Of a stretch of DNA of 64,000 bases, positions 37,262 to 50,449 are shown in pieces. The notes beneath the pieces are model-generated. The model did no database searches. It was not told the origin of the DNA and worked only from the letters and a program-made list of their open reading frames with translations. The stretch lies in the NCBI RefSeq assembly GCF_964213995.1, contig NW_027590143.1, positions 372,001 to 436,000 of the forward strand, read 5' to 3'. A program made the position numbers and the translations under genes. Numbering within the stretch: the stretch's first letter is position 1; each line of letters begins with the position of its first letter. This stretch comes from Mustelus asterias. Taxonomy: Eukaryota.

Positions 37262-39810
37262 CAAAGAACAAAGAGAACAAAGAACAGTACAGCACAGGAA
37301 ACAGGCCCTTCGGCCCTCCAAGCCTGTGCCGCTCCTTGGTCCAACTAGACCAATCGTTTGTATCCCTCCATTCCCAGGCTGCTCATGTGACTATCCAGGT
37401 AAGTCTTAAACGATGTCAGCGTGCCTGCCTCCACCACCCCACTTGGCAGCGCATTCCAGGCCCCCACCACCCTCTGTGTAAAAAACGTCCCTCTGATGTC
37501 TGAGTTATACTTCGCCCCTCTCAGCTTGAGCCCGTGACCCCTCGTGATCGTCACCTCCGACCTGGGAAAAAGCTTCCCACTGTTCACCCTATCTATACCC
37601 TTCATAATCTTGTATACCTCTATTAGATCTCCCCTCATTCTCCGTCTTTCGAAGGAGAACAACCCCAGTCTACCCAATCTCTCCTCATAGCTAAGACCCT
37701 CCACACCAGGCAACATCCTGGTAAACCTTCCCTGCACTCTCTCCAATGCCTCCACGTCCTTCTGGTAGTGTGGCGACCAGAACTGGACGCAGTACTCCAA
37801 ATGTGGCCTAACCAGCGTTCTATACAGCTGCATCATCAGACTCCAGCTTTTATACTCTATACCCCGTCCTATAAAGGCAAGCATACCATATGCCTTCTTC
37901 ACCACCTTCTCCACCTGTGTTGCCACCTTCAAGGATTTGTGAACTTGCACACCTAGGTCCCTCTGTGTTTCTATACTCCGGATGACTCTGCCATTTATTG
38001 TATAACTCCTCCCTACATTATTTCTTCCAAAATGCATCACTTCGCATTTATCCGGATTAAACTCCATCTGCCACCTCTCCGCCCAATTTTCCAGCCTATC
38101 TATATCCTGCTGTATTGCCCGACAATGCTCTTCGCTATCCGCAATTCGAGCCATCTTCGTGTCATCCGCAAACTTGCTGATTACACCAGTTACACCTTCT
38201 TCCAAATCGTTGATATATATCACAAATAGCAGAGGTCCCAGTACAGAGCGCTGCGGAACACCACTGGTCACAGACCTCCAGCCGGAAAAGGACCCTTCGA
38301 CCACTATCCTCTGTCTCCTATGGCCAAGCCAGTTCTCCACCCATCTAGCCACTTCTCCTTGTATCCCATGAGCCTTAGCCTTCTTAACCAACCTGCCATG
38401 TGGGACTTTGTCAAATGCCTTACTGAAATCCATATAGACGACATCCACGGCCCTTCCTTCATCAACGGTTTTTGTCACTTCCTCAAAAAACTCCACCAAA
38501 TTTGTAAGGCACGACCTCCCTCTTACAAAACCATGCTGTCTGTCACTAATGAGATTGTTCCGTTCTAAATGCACATACATCCTGTCTCTAAGAATCCTCT
38601 CCAACAACTTCCCTACCACGGACGTCAAGCTCACCGGCCTATAATTTCCTGGGTTATCCCTGCTACCCTTCTTAAACAACGGGACCACATTCGCTGTCCT
38701 CCAATCCTCAGGGACCTCACCCGTGTCCAAAGAAGCGACAAAGATTTCCGTCAGAGGCCCAGCAATTTCACCTCTCGTCTCCCTGAGCAGTCGAGGATAG
38801 ATGCCATCAGGCCCTGGGGCTGTGTCAGTTTTAATGTTCCCTAAAAAACCTAACACTTCCTCTCTTGTAATGGAGATTTTCTCTAACGGGTCAACACCTC
38901 CATCCGAGACACTCCCGGTTAACACGCCCCTCTCCTTCGTGAATACCGATGCAAAGTATTCATTTAGGATCTCCCCTATTCCCTTGGGTTCTAAGCATAA
39001 TTCCCCTCCTTTGTCCCTGAGAGGTCCGATTTTCTCCCTGACAACTCTTTTGTTCCTAACGTATGAATAGAATGCCTTAGGATTCTCCTTAATCCTGCCT
39101 GCCAAGAACATCTCGTGACCTCTTTTTGCCCGTCTAACTCCCCGTTTGAGTTCTTTCCTACTCTCTCTGTATTCCTCCAGAGCTCCATCTGTTTTCAGTT
39201 GCCTGGACTTAACGTACGTCTCCCTTTTCATTTTAATCAGATCCTCAATTTCCCTGGTTATCCACGGCTCTCGAATCCTACCTTTCCTATCTTTCCTTTT
39301 TACAGGCACATGCCTATCCTGCAGCCTTATCAATAGTTCCTTAAAAGACTCCCACATGCCAGACGCGGACTTACCCTCGAACATCCTCTCCCAAAAAACA
39401 TCCACCAATTCCTGCCTAATCCGGCTATAGTCAGCCTTCCCCCAATTTAGCACCCTGCCCGTAGGACAGCACTCATCCTTGTCCATTACTATCCTAAAGT
39501 TAACAGAGTTGTGGTCACTATTTGCCACATGTTCCCCTACCAAAACTTTGACGACCTGACCGGGCTCATTTCCCAGAACTTGGTCCAGTATAGCCCCCTC
39601 TCTAGTCGGGCTATCTACATACTGTTCCAAAGAACCTTCCAGTACGCATTTTACAAATTCCTCCCCGTCCGGACCCCCAGCTCTAAGCACTTTCCAGTCT
39701 GTGCCAGGGAAATTAAAGTCCCCCACTACAACAACCCTATGTTTTCTGCACCTATCCAGAATCTCCTGACATATCCTTTCCTCCACTTCCCGTGGGCTGT
39801 TGGGTGGAAC
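37262..39810 (-). mobile_element. Young 5'-truncated CR1 LINE with uninterrupted ORF2
   Basis: ORF open to 37345 with VVGDFN, SDHN, RT motifs, FADD; (TTCTTTG)n tail. Confidence 0.97.
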
Positions 39811-40559
39811 GTAAGTGACTGCTTCAGCTAATGACAACGCCGATTGAGTTCGCTGGGACACGAAATCGACAGTTAGTAACTGCCCATTTGTTAACATAGA
39901 ACATGAGGATTTATAAATACATATAAAGGCAAACTATGCTGGATGCGATAATCCAAAACAAAAACAGAAAATGCTGGAAATTCTCAGCAGGTCAGACAGT
40001 ATGTGTGGAGGGAGAATAGAGAGTAATTGTGATTCAAGCATTGTTCCTGGATTTAATATCTGTCTATCTTGTGTCCTAATTTTTACATGATATTCAATTC
40101 AATATCCAACACATTGGCTTCTTTCTATTTCCAAGATGAGAGTTTCATGACAAACAAATCAATGTCAAATGGGGTGTCTCCCTTTTGTGCAGCTTTGCTG
40201 ATGGCTGAGGAGGCCAATATTGGGAGGCCGATTCTGACACAAGTGCTGTAATAAAGCTGGTAGGTTTGGTTGTGGATTGATGTTTCTCGTTTGCTCCATT
40301 GGCAAACCCCTGCAACCAGTGGTCAACTTGGTGATGCACGGTCGCCCACGGGAAGTGTACTCATTCTATCTGGGGTCAGTAAATGGCATTTCTGTATGAA
40401 TATCCACATTATAAATCATAGAATCTCTAAGTTGTGGAACTTCGTGTCATGCTCGTAAAACTTCATGAAGTAGAGTTTTGAGCGTCTGTTTTTCTCCAGC
40501 TACATCACTATACAGAAAGCCCTTGTATATGTGACAATCATTCATCATGTGGACGGAGC

Positions 40560-41030
40560 ACATCCACTGCACGGATCTGACGAGTCTAACAGACTTGGGA
40601 GCTGTGCCTGTGAGAGGACAGAATCATTCCTGAATTTGTCCCGCCTGTAGGTACCCATAATGCACCGCACACAGAGCCAAGATGGAAACGTTTGAGCTTC
40701 TTTCTGAGGTCTCTGAATGGTCCATGTTTCACAGTCACTCGGCAAGATGCTGAGAACACGCACCCTGCAACGATCAGCTTCGTCCTCAGGGTCAGCTTGA
40801 TGTTTCTCCATGTGTATATTAGGAGCCAGCTGGTAACTGCTTTCTCCATGGGTTTACAATTCTGTATAAAGGAACATGCTCTCTGTCACCCTGGAAGATG
40901 GGGAACAGAATTAGTGAATCATTTCCAGCCGATTGATATGTACTGGTAATTCAACACCTTGACCAGTGACCGAGTATCTCTTGGCCTTTATATTCAGTGA
41001 GAAAATGTTACATGGGAGATGAATTAATTG
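40560..41030 (-). mobile_element. Degenerate RTE-clade LINE fragment
   Basis: KLTLRTKL..CV.S.L..CETWT..KKLKRFHL..CVRCI pattern across frames. Confidence 0.6.
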
Positions 41031-41200
41031 AGTCACTGTTGGTCTTCCAGACTCTCCTCTCCACTCCTGGATAAGTGAAATTAACAAACCAGTACAGGGT
41101 CGCTTGTTTTCTGTTATTTTCCTCTGTGAAGTTATCTGTTGTAAACGGGACATTAAATGCGAGAGTCTATTCCCACATGTTGCAATTGCAGTCAAACACC

Positions 41201-41295
41201 TGCTTCAGGTGAGGTTTGAACTCACAACCTCAGCATAGCCCACTGTTTATACTGCTTTATAAGTCCCACACGCCAACCAATTGCGCCACTGGAGC
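41201..41295 (-). tRNA. Intron-containing tRNA-Ile(TAT), probably a pseudogene
   Basis: GCTCCAGTGGCGCAATTGGTTGGCGTGTGGGACTTATA-[21-nt intron]-ATGCTGAGGTTGTGAGTTCAAACCTCACCTGAAGCA; mismatches in acceptor and anticodon stems. Confidence 0.85.
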
Positions 41296-41836
41296 ACAAA
41301 AGCTCTGAATGGTTTGATTTAATAACATTTTACACTGAATGCCTGTGTTCGATTTGATTTATTTTTTGCTAACAGAATGATCTTCACAGCATGGCAACTC
41401 CAAGAGAAAAGCAGAGAACAGCACCAATCTTTGTACATGACCTTGCGAACCTCACACAGGCCTGCGACGCTTTCAGTTTTGAGGGATTATGGAGCGTCCT
41501 CCTCAGTTTTGGCTACCTCTAAATAGAGAAAGGGGAGGTGGAGTTCATCCGTACAAACAGCGAAATTTAAAGATGATAGCGCTAAATGTAGGGGACAAAC
41601 CCACGACCCTGAGATTAAAAGCCTCTTTCTCTGTCGACCAAGAAAACATTGCTTTCCTCCTCATTTCTTGGCATGTTATACATTGGAAAGTTAGAAAGTA
41701 ATCGACCAACAAATGCCCCAAGGTTACAATGCATTCCTCGCAATCTTCAATAAAATCATTCGCAAGTTCCACTTCTTAGCTACACCTCCGTTCGAACATT
41801 GTAATCCATCTCCAAGATTTATTGTTCAATGTTAGT

Positions 41837-41983
41837 ACAAAGAACAAAGAACAAAGAACAGTACAGCACAGGAAACAGGCCCTTCGGCCCTCCAAGCCTG
41901 TGCCGCTCCTTGGTCCAACTAGACCAATCGTTTGTATCCCTCCATTCCCAGGCTGCTCATGTGACTATCCAGGTAAGTCTTAA
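41837..41983 (-). mobile_element. Very short CR1 3' copy, matching the 3' end of the 37262-39810 element
   Basis: About 135 nt identical by eye to 37275-37409. Confidence 0.9.
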
Positions 41984-43064
41984 GTAAGTAGTGGTGCCAT
42001 AATTTTTAGGGGCCCATATTATATTGAGTAACTCAGTGGAACGACTAATAAGTATGCCAGCCTGCTCGAATAAGCACATTCATGTATGTTACAGACTGTC
42101 AGAAATTATAAAGTGTCTGCCCAGTGACAATCAACACTTCCATCACTTTATTTGCTCTGTGTGCCATGATCATTTAGTACTTCTCATTTTCCAGACTGTG
42201 TTGCAAGAGTTTGGTTTAATAGTTTCTGTTGTATACTAAAGTGGTCAGCTCACTTCGTCACCAAGGACAACATATTGAAAAGGTTGTCACACAGTGCGTA
42301 ATTTAATCAGTTCGTTGATCTTTATTAGATGGAGGTTGCTTGCTTGCAGTCCAGGGAGAAGAGATGGAAAATCTCCCAAATGCCTCTCATGATGTTCCCA
42401 CTTAGTGATCCTACATTCTACAAAGAGAGACATTGCTTTGAGATACTTCACAGCCTGTCAGGTCATGAAGAAATTGCTGCAACCGATAGGAGTTTTGACA
42501 TTATTTTAGCCCTTTTCACAGGAGAAGAAATATTCATGAGTAGCATTAGCCGGTTTCCCGGTTGAAACTCCAATAAAGTTTCACTCACTCAGGTAGTGTG
42601 TAAATGCTGTCTGGAGTTTTAGTGAGAGGGATATAATCTCCCTGCGTTTTTTCAAGTCTGTGTTCTGGGCCGGGTTGGAGTATCTTTTTTCGCAGGAATG
42701 TGCATTAGCAAATATTCAGCAATGAAACTGAAGTATGCATCAATCGCCTCACTCTGAAATGGAAAGGATATTGCTTCTTCCTCGTTTTGAACCAGAGAAC
42801 ATTCAAGAGTAAGGTAATCTAACAACCTCGAGGTTACACTCTGCTGAAAACAACCAAAGGGCCTTGATCAGTAACCCAAACTGTGTTTTCATGCTGCATT
42901 TTCAGATATTGTTTTCCAGCAATAGAATTGGGGACCGATATTTAGGAATGTTTTGGAGAAATTGTTGCAGCAACAGAATTTTGAAATTTCAGTTATTTAA
43001 CAGTTCATTCTGCCCATCATCCCTAAATCAGAATTTTCAAGAGCTGTCCCGTGTGTCCCAAAAT

Positions 43065-43385
43065 CAGAGAATCCCTACAGTGCAGAGGAGGCCATTCTGC
43101 CCATCAATTCCGCACTGACCACAATCCCCCCACGCCCTATTCTCGTAACGTCAGATATTTGCCCTGCTAATCCCCTGAAAATAGGGTCAATTTATCATGG
43201 CCAGTCAAGCTCACCCACACATCTTTGGACTGTGGGAGGAAACCGGAGCACCCGGAGGAAACCCATGCAGACGTTGAGAGAAGGTACAAACTCCACACAG
43301 ACAATGACCTGAGGCCAGAATTGAACCTGGGTTCCTGGCGCTGTGAGGCAACAGTGTTAACCACTGCTAACCATTCTTTACCACG
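43065..43385 (-). mobile_element. V-SINE, CR1-type tail
   Basis: V-domain GGACTGTGGGAGGAAACCGGAGCAC as read on +; tail AGAATCCCTACAGTGCAG. Confidence 0.85.
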
Positions 43386-44457
43386 ATCCATGTTACATTT
43401 CAAATAATTGTCTAATTCCCTTGTGGAACTGAGTTAAGAACAATTTTACAAGTGGTACAGGAGCTTCAGGAGTGTCCGTGCATGCATGAAAATTACCAAC
43501 ATTCTCCCAACCCAATGAAATGAAGGACTGGAGGTGGGATTCCTATACACTTTTCGTAATTATAAAAGTAAATAAAATTTTTGCATTTGAATTCATTTCG
43601 AATATTTAAAGGAAGTTTACTCTGACTCGGACAATCCTCATTTCACTCAGTTGTTTTTCTGATTTCCAGTTCCCCTTGCTTTAAAACCTGTTATAGAAAA
43701 CAGTGAAATCTTTCCTCTTCTGATTGGGAATGCACAAGAGGCCAGAATTAGCGGAACACAGATATCGCAGATGCTTTTGGAATTACAGATTTGGGAGAGG
43801 CAAGGATACGGAGGGGTTTGAACACAAGGATGAATGTTAATGTTAAGACAGCACTTGAAAGGCAGCCAATGCAGGAGTGCTGAGGGGTGAGAGAGGGTTA
43901 GAACTTGCTGTGAGTTAAGCCCCGGGCAGCAGAGCTTTGGTAATCATGTTTGCATCAGCTGAATCAGCAGTGCCTTATTTCCAAGACCAATATTGATCCT
44001 TTACAAGCTGATGTTCCCAGAACAACACACAGGACTCCAGGTGTGATCTAACCAGGGATTTGTATAGCTGCAGCAAAAAGTTCCCTCTTTTCTATATCAG
44101 AATCTGTAACAGGTTGTACAGCAAGGGAAATATGTTCGTTTGTATCAACAGAGAAAAATGAGAACATTGTTCATCAAAATAAATTTCGTTTCAAAATTAA
44201 AGAAGAAATCAAGTTGCAAAATTAATTATTTTTTTCTGAAAACTGTTTAAAATGTCGAGACCAATTCCTCATGCATTGGGTCAGTGGAATGTTATTAATT
44301 TTCACACAATCTGCGTGGACACTGCAGAAGCTCCTGTCCCTCTTTCAATCTTGTTTAATTTTCAACTCAGAGATTTCCAAAGGGAAAAGCTCAATGAATC
44401 GAAATGGAAAAATAAAGTAGAATTATGGAGAAAGATAAATATATTGTGTAACTGGGC

Positions 44458-44971
44458 AACTCTTTGGAAGAAGCTGATACGGCCCTGATAGGTCCCCTAA
44501 TGAGCTGTGTTATTTTACCATTTCATTGTTAGATCAATTGCTGTGCAGCATTGTGAAATATCTATTTATTTACCTTAATTCAAAATGTGAGAAAGAAGTC
44601 TCAAACATCACGATATTGTTTGATGTACTCTGCACTTTTTTAAGCTCTTTTAACCGAAAATTTCTGTAGTGTAGTGGTTATCACATTCACCTAACACTTC
44701 TCATTGGAAGAAGCTGATACGGCCATGAAAGGTCTTTTAATGAGCTGTGTCATTTTCACAATTCCATTGTGAGATCAATTTCAGTGCAGCATTGTGAAAT
44801 GTCCAGTTATTTAGAATAATTCAATGCGTGATAAAGAAATGCAACACCACAACACTGTTTGATATTCTCTACACGCTTTTTAAGCTATTTTAGCCGTAAA
44901 CTTCTGTCGTGTAGTCGTTATCACATTCACCTAACAAGCTAAACGTCTGCAGTTCAAAACGGGCAGAAATA
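44458..44971 (+). repeat. 240-bp tandem duplication with tRNA-Val(AAC) pseudogenes (half copy 44660-44697; full copy 44900-44971)
   Basis: TTGGAAGAAGCTGATACGGCC at about 44464 and 44704; TTCTGTAGTGTAGTGGTTATCACATTCACCTAACA-type sequence in both units. Confidence 0.85.
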
Positions 44972-46039
44972 ATGCGTTCGTTGTTTTTATTTCAGAAAAT
45001 CGATCGTTCATGTTTGCTGTTAATAATTACTGACTACAGATGTTACACTGTATTACATTTCCCGTTTTCCTCGACACTTCTGTACACACTCAAATCCGAC
45101 AGAATATCTTCCACTGACTGCCGTTTCCAGCTCTGACAGTTCAGAAAGCTTTTCTCAAACCGGCACATCCCGGCTGATTGCTGTTGATTTGTTTTAGATT
45201 ATTAAAGGCTTCTACAGCAGCACCTCCGTTAATAACAATCGCTCGAAGTCACATTTCAGACGGGAAACAAATCCATCAATGATTCTCTCTTTCCAGGCTC
45301 CACGGTGAGTGACTCAGGGACAAGCAGCAATATTTAACCCCGCACTCTCCAATCACTCGCTGCCAGCAGAAAATGGCGACTGCAGCTTCAATCAGTGGGT
45401 TACTTGGAGTAACACCCCTGGGACACAAGATACTCCAACCCGGGTCAAACCACCCAATACACTAAGCACAGGCTCAGGAAAACGCAGGTAGGTAAAATCC
45501 CGCTCACTAAACTTCCTAACAGCATTTACACAGTACCCGAGTGAGTGAAACTTTCTTTGAGCTTCTTCTCCTATGTTCTGCTCCTGTGACCCCATGGGAA
45601 TGAATAAGTTCAGTGAGAAAATTTCTTGACATTTTGCCCGATATTTGAACCAAATCTTGGAGATATGTTTGGCAGAGCATCCAGATGTTATCTTGCATCA
45701 ACTGATCGGTCACTTTCCAGTCTATCAACTGTCCCTTTTCTTTCTGCCTCTGGGTTTGTTCCTGACCTGTTGCTGATGCGATATTCCCAACTCTGACAGG
45801 AAACGACAAATCTCATTCATGAGCAATAAACAAACTAATCTTCATCTCATTACAAAAAATGAAGACCATTTAATCTTATGATACGTCCACTGATTGTCGT
45901 CTACAATCAAGTGGACACATCCCCCCAGTATCGAAATTACCAGGTCAATTCAGAATCTTACTCGTTACACTTCTGCCTCACTCACATCCACCTACAGAAA
46001 GATTTATATCCTCACCTTGTTGCCCTTTACCTGGTACCA

Positions 46040-46926
46040 GGGCGGCACGGTAGCACAGTGGTTAGCACTGCTGCTTCACAGCTCCAGGGACTTGGGTTCG
46101 ATTCCCGGCTTGGGTCACTGTCTGAATGGAGTTGCACATTCTCCTCGTGTCTGCGTGGGTTTCCTCCGGGTGCTCCAGTTTCTTCCCACAGTCCAAAGAT
46201 GTGCGGGTTAGGTTGATTGACCATGCTAAAATTGCCCTCAGTTTCCTGGGATGCGTAGGTTAGAGGGATTAGTGGGTGGATATGGGGAAAGGGCCGGGGT
46301 GGGATTGTGGTCGGTGCAGAGTCGATGGGCCGAATGGCCTCTTTCTGTGCTGTAGAGTTCCTAAGATTCTAAGCCATAATTCGCAAATCATAGTGACACA
46401 GAGGTTAGCACTGCTGTCTCACAGCGCCAGGAGCCCTGGTTCAATTCCACCTTGGTCACTGTTCATGCGGAGTTTGCACATTCTCACTGTGTCTGCGTGG
46501 GTTTCCTCCGAGTGCTCCGGTTTCCTCCCACAATCCAAAAAGTGTGCGGGTTAGGTTGATTGGCCAGGCTATATTGACCGTAGTGTTGAAGGGTTAGGGT
46601 AATATTCGGGAAGAAATATGTTCACAGAGAATTTTCCACAAGGTGGCAGGGTTAGTGGCAGCAGGATTACGGGAATAGGGCCTGGGTTGGATTGTGGTCG
46701 GCACAGACTCGATGGACCGAATGACCTCCTTCTGTACTGTAGGAATTCTATTATAGTGATGGTTGCGCAAGTGTCTGGCTATCCCTCTAAATATGGAGTC
46801 TCCCACTTAACGAAACTCTCCCTCAGTGTAACCGAATAGGCGATCGAGTGTGGAGACGAGGGGAGTAACAGTAACTTCATTACAGTTTTAATGTAAGCCT
46901 ACTTGTGATGCCAGTAAATAAACTTT
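46040..46926 (+). mobile_element. Tandem V-SINEs: full-length with CR1 tail (46040-46370), second copy (46390-46750), and type-B tail segment (46790-46926)
   Basis: GGGCGGCACGGTAGCACAGTGG head, GGTTCGATTCCC B box, V-domains, both tail types. Confidence 0.85.
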
Positions 46927-47858
46927 CAAGCAATTCATTTGTTTTACGCTTTGCCGTTCCCTATTATACAATCGCTTGTTCCTTGAGCTTTGAGCTGCAC
47001 TTATTCCCGTCTTCATAACTCCCCGAAGTCTCCAGTAGCAAGCATCTCATTGAATATGGCCCACAAACAGAAGTCACCTGCAGAACCTGCTCTTCCAGAA
47101 GACAAAATATCTCAGGGGATTTCAAATGGAGCGCAAGATGCACACATCTCTAATATTCCCCGTGTTCCTCAGCTACCTCAACTGAGCTGCTCCACCGCAC
47201 CTCCATCAATCTACGAAAGTCTGAGCTTAAGAAAAAGCAGCTCGTGACATTTCCTTCTTTCGAGGTTTGCCCAGGACAACCAACGTTTGCTCAAAATTTC
47301 TTACATGGTGCAGGAATTGTAGGCAACGGGTTCTGTATTTTCAAATGCTATATGAGCAAAAATTGTTGGACTGATTTTGTAAGTTTATTAAATTATTATT
47401 GTTAATGGCTACCATTAGACCGATATTATGTTGATACAGCTATTAAAATGAAGCAGAGGCAAATTGTATTTTCGTATATAAATTGTCCACAGGCCCAGGA
47501 TAATGCCCTGTGGTATTCCATCTCCGCCGATGAAGACATTTGAGTTCAATTACGAACTGAAAATAATGATGACCATCAATCCACAGTTGGAAAAATAACT
47601 TCCCCTTTAGGGAAGGAAATCTGCCGTCTTTACCGGCTCTGGTCTACGTGGCACGCCTCACACACACACCAATGTGGTTGGATCTTAACTGTCCCCAGAT
47701 CTGGTGTTGGAAGCCGTTTGCCATGGGAAACAAATGTTGGTCATGATTTTGAAGCCTAAGTCGCACGAATGAATAAAGCAATAATTCTACCAGTGATTGA
47801 CGTTCTTCATCCATTTACTTATATAGGGGCAGCATCGGATTTAAAAAAAAATTTAAAC

Positions 47859-48775
47859 TTAGAATTTGAATTTAAATAATTTAGCAATGATACTCAGAGG
47901 ATAATTCACCCTATTGTTTAACTCCTCTCTGAATTTCTTCTGGGTCCCAGCATAAATGAATGGGTTGACACAAGAATTCAAAAATTGAAGCATGTATCCC
48001 ATTTCTTCCAGAAGGAAAATTGATCCATCGGAATTTGACCCCGTTGAATATCTAAAATTTGCAGTTTGCACACAGAGGAAGTTGATAAAATATAACAAAT
48101 ACAACAAGATGAAACTGCCTGAGATGGCGAAGAGTAAAACAATCGATTTTCTCCGTTTGTCCATCTCTGGATCACTCTGATTCTCTCCAATGCTCTGGGC
48201 CCGGAGTCTTCTGCGGGCTCCATTGGCTGCCAAAATGTGTCTGACAGTCAGAGCATTGAGCAATAGAATCAGAATGAAAGGGAGGCCAGGGTTTGTAATG
48301 CAGAGAATCCAATCATAAACGATCCAAAGAGGTGAAGTATAAAATGATGATTTTACAATACATACCCATGGTATATTGTCAATGACATATAATGGCTCAA
48401 ATGTGAAATACAAAAATATATTTTTCACAATGTTGAGAGTACAGACTATCGCTATCACTCGTCCCGCCGTTTTCTCGGTGCAATATTTCATTTTCACCTT
48501 CTGGCAACAAATAGCCATAAACCTATCAAAAGTGAAGGAAACAGTTAACCAGGCAGAACTGTCTACAGTTGCATAGTTCAAGACGCAAAGACTACCGCAT
48601 ATTGGTGTGATAGAGAGGAAACTGTTTGGGAAATAAATGCCAGTGATCCGGTTAAATATCACAGCCGTGATAACTACCAGGAGATCCGTCACTGCCATGG
48701 ACACCAGGTAGCAGGTAATACATTTGGAGAGACCACACCTTCCTTGGTTCAGGATCACGATCACTGCCAGGTTAG
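47859..48775 (-). CDS. GPR139-like class A GPCR no. 2, exon 2 (joins exon 1 at 51677-51608; 328 aa total)
   Basis: Acceptor ttttctatgttgcag; ANLAVIVILNQGRCGLS..MAVTDLL..FTFDRFMAI..LPFILILLLNALTV..NSCVNPFIY; 70+917=987 nt, in frame. Confidence 0.9.
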
Positions 48776-50449
48776 CTGCAACATAGAAAAGGATGGAGTG
48801 ACACCTGTAATACATATATTTGTGCGAGGTTGAAAACAGGAACATGCCATTAAAATCATATTTGTTCGGGGGCTTCTATCTGATAGCCTGACATATTTTC
48901 TATGGCACGCTGGATTTGAAACTGACCCTTGTAGCAGAAGGATAATTTATGTTTCGAAAGAAATATAAAGGCATACAAGGCGTAGAGCAATAAATATCTC
49001 AGATACAATAAAGAGGGCATGGCTTCCGAAATGTAATGAAAATGAAACGATAAAGAGGTATCATAAGCACTATGCTATAACCTACAACTGTCATGGCAAA
49101 TCGCACAACGACCAACAAAAATTTGGAAATTAAAAATAACATATGAGGCACATCAAAACTGGCGGAACACTTACAAGACTTGTATCCGATTAATTGCTGT
49201 AAACGTATTCACTGTTGGAAATTTGTGCTCGAAAAGTTGACTCGAATGAGGAATGTGAACGGCTAAATACTGTTTTCTCATATTATAGGGGGGAGGTTAG
49301 CTGCGGCTCAGAGTTCCTCTGACTTCTTCTCCTGATATGCAGATGGGAGCTTGGGAGTTAACCTGAACCATCATTAAATGCCGATAATGATGTCGCTGCT
49401 ATGCATTCGTTCTTACAGTGTGTTTTGAGGTGCTTGGGATAGCAGAACCATCCAGATTCAACAGCTGCCATCGTATAACAATCTGAAACAACTATTGTGG
49501 AAGAGGAGAAACCAAGAACAAGGAGCTGACGTTAAAGTTACACAAGATGCCATTTAGACCCCGATCGATATATTGCCTGCAGTTTGGACATAACGCGCTA
49601 GGAAGAATGTGAGCGTAGTGGGACGAATGCAGAATTAGATTCCAAGAATGTTTCCTGGGATAGGCATCTTCAGTTCTGTGGATAGATTCCAGAGGTCGGG
49701 ACTGTTCTACTTTGGGAGAAGAAGGATGATAGGTAATTTGAAAAAGTGTTCAAAATCATAAGGGGGCTGCACAGAATATATAGGGAGTGACGGTTTATAT
49801 TCATAACAAGGATCAAGAAAGAGAGGTTACACTTGCAACAAGATTTTCAAAAGAAACAAATTTGATGTGAGAAAGCACTTTTGTCACACAAAAAGTGGTT
49901 CGAGTCCAGAATACATTGCCTTCAAGTGTGATGAGGAAACATTCGTTGCTTCTGCTTTCTATTTACGGCTTAATAACTTGAAAATGTCCTGTTTGCCACT
50001 TCTCTTTATCCAAAACATTATCCAAACCTCCTTGCATGTGCATATATTTCAAACAATCCCCCGAATCCTGATCTACTGTATCAAACTTTTGTGTGAAACC
50101 TTACGTGATTCCCTTTGTGCTCTAAGTACAGTGCATTGAACTGGAAACCTTTATTTTCGACAATCACTGCATGATTCAACAGTAATATTGCCCTGTAATT
50201 TCCCTGCTCCCCAGTGTTGGATTGAAAGCGAAGCTCAAAGATGCACTGGTGAATCCCACTTTGAACATCCCAGGGAAATGTCTCTGTGCAAATTGTCCAG
50301 AAACACTCCCTTCCCCTGGATAATTGCACAACATGTGGACACTCGATGAAGAGATTTAAATCGTTAACTTCCCATGGTTCTGACAGTAATGTAACAGAAC
50401 GATGCTGGGAAAAGGGGGTGAAGACAATGTTAAAAGTAGGAATCTAAAA

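Noticed and set aside
38467-38475. GGTTTTTGT nonamer suggesting a J or D RSS
   Set aside because: Inside CR1 ORF2, with no heptamer or FGxG motif.
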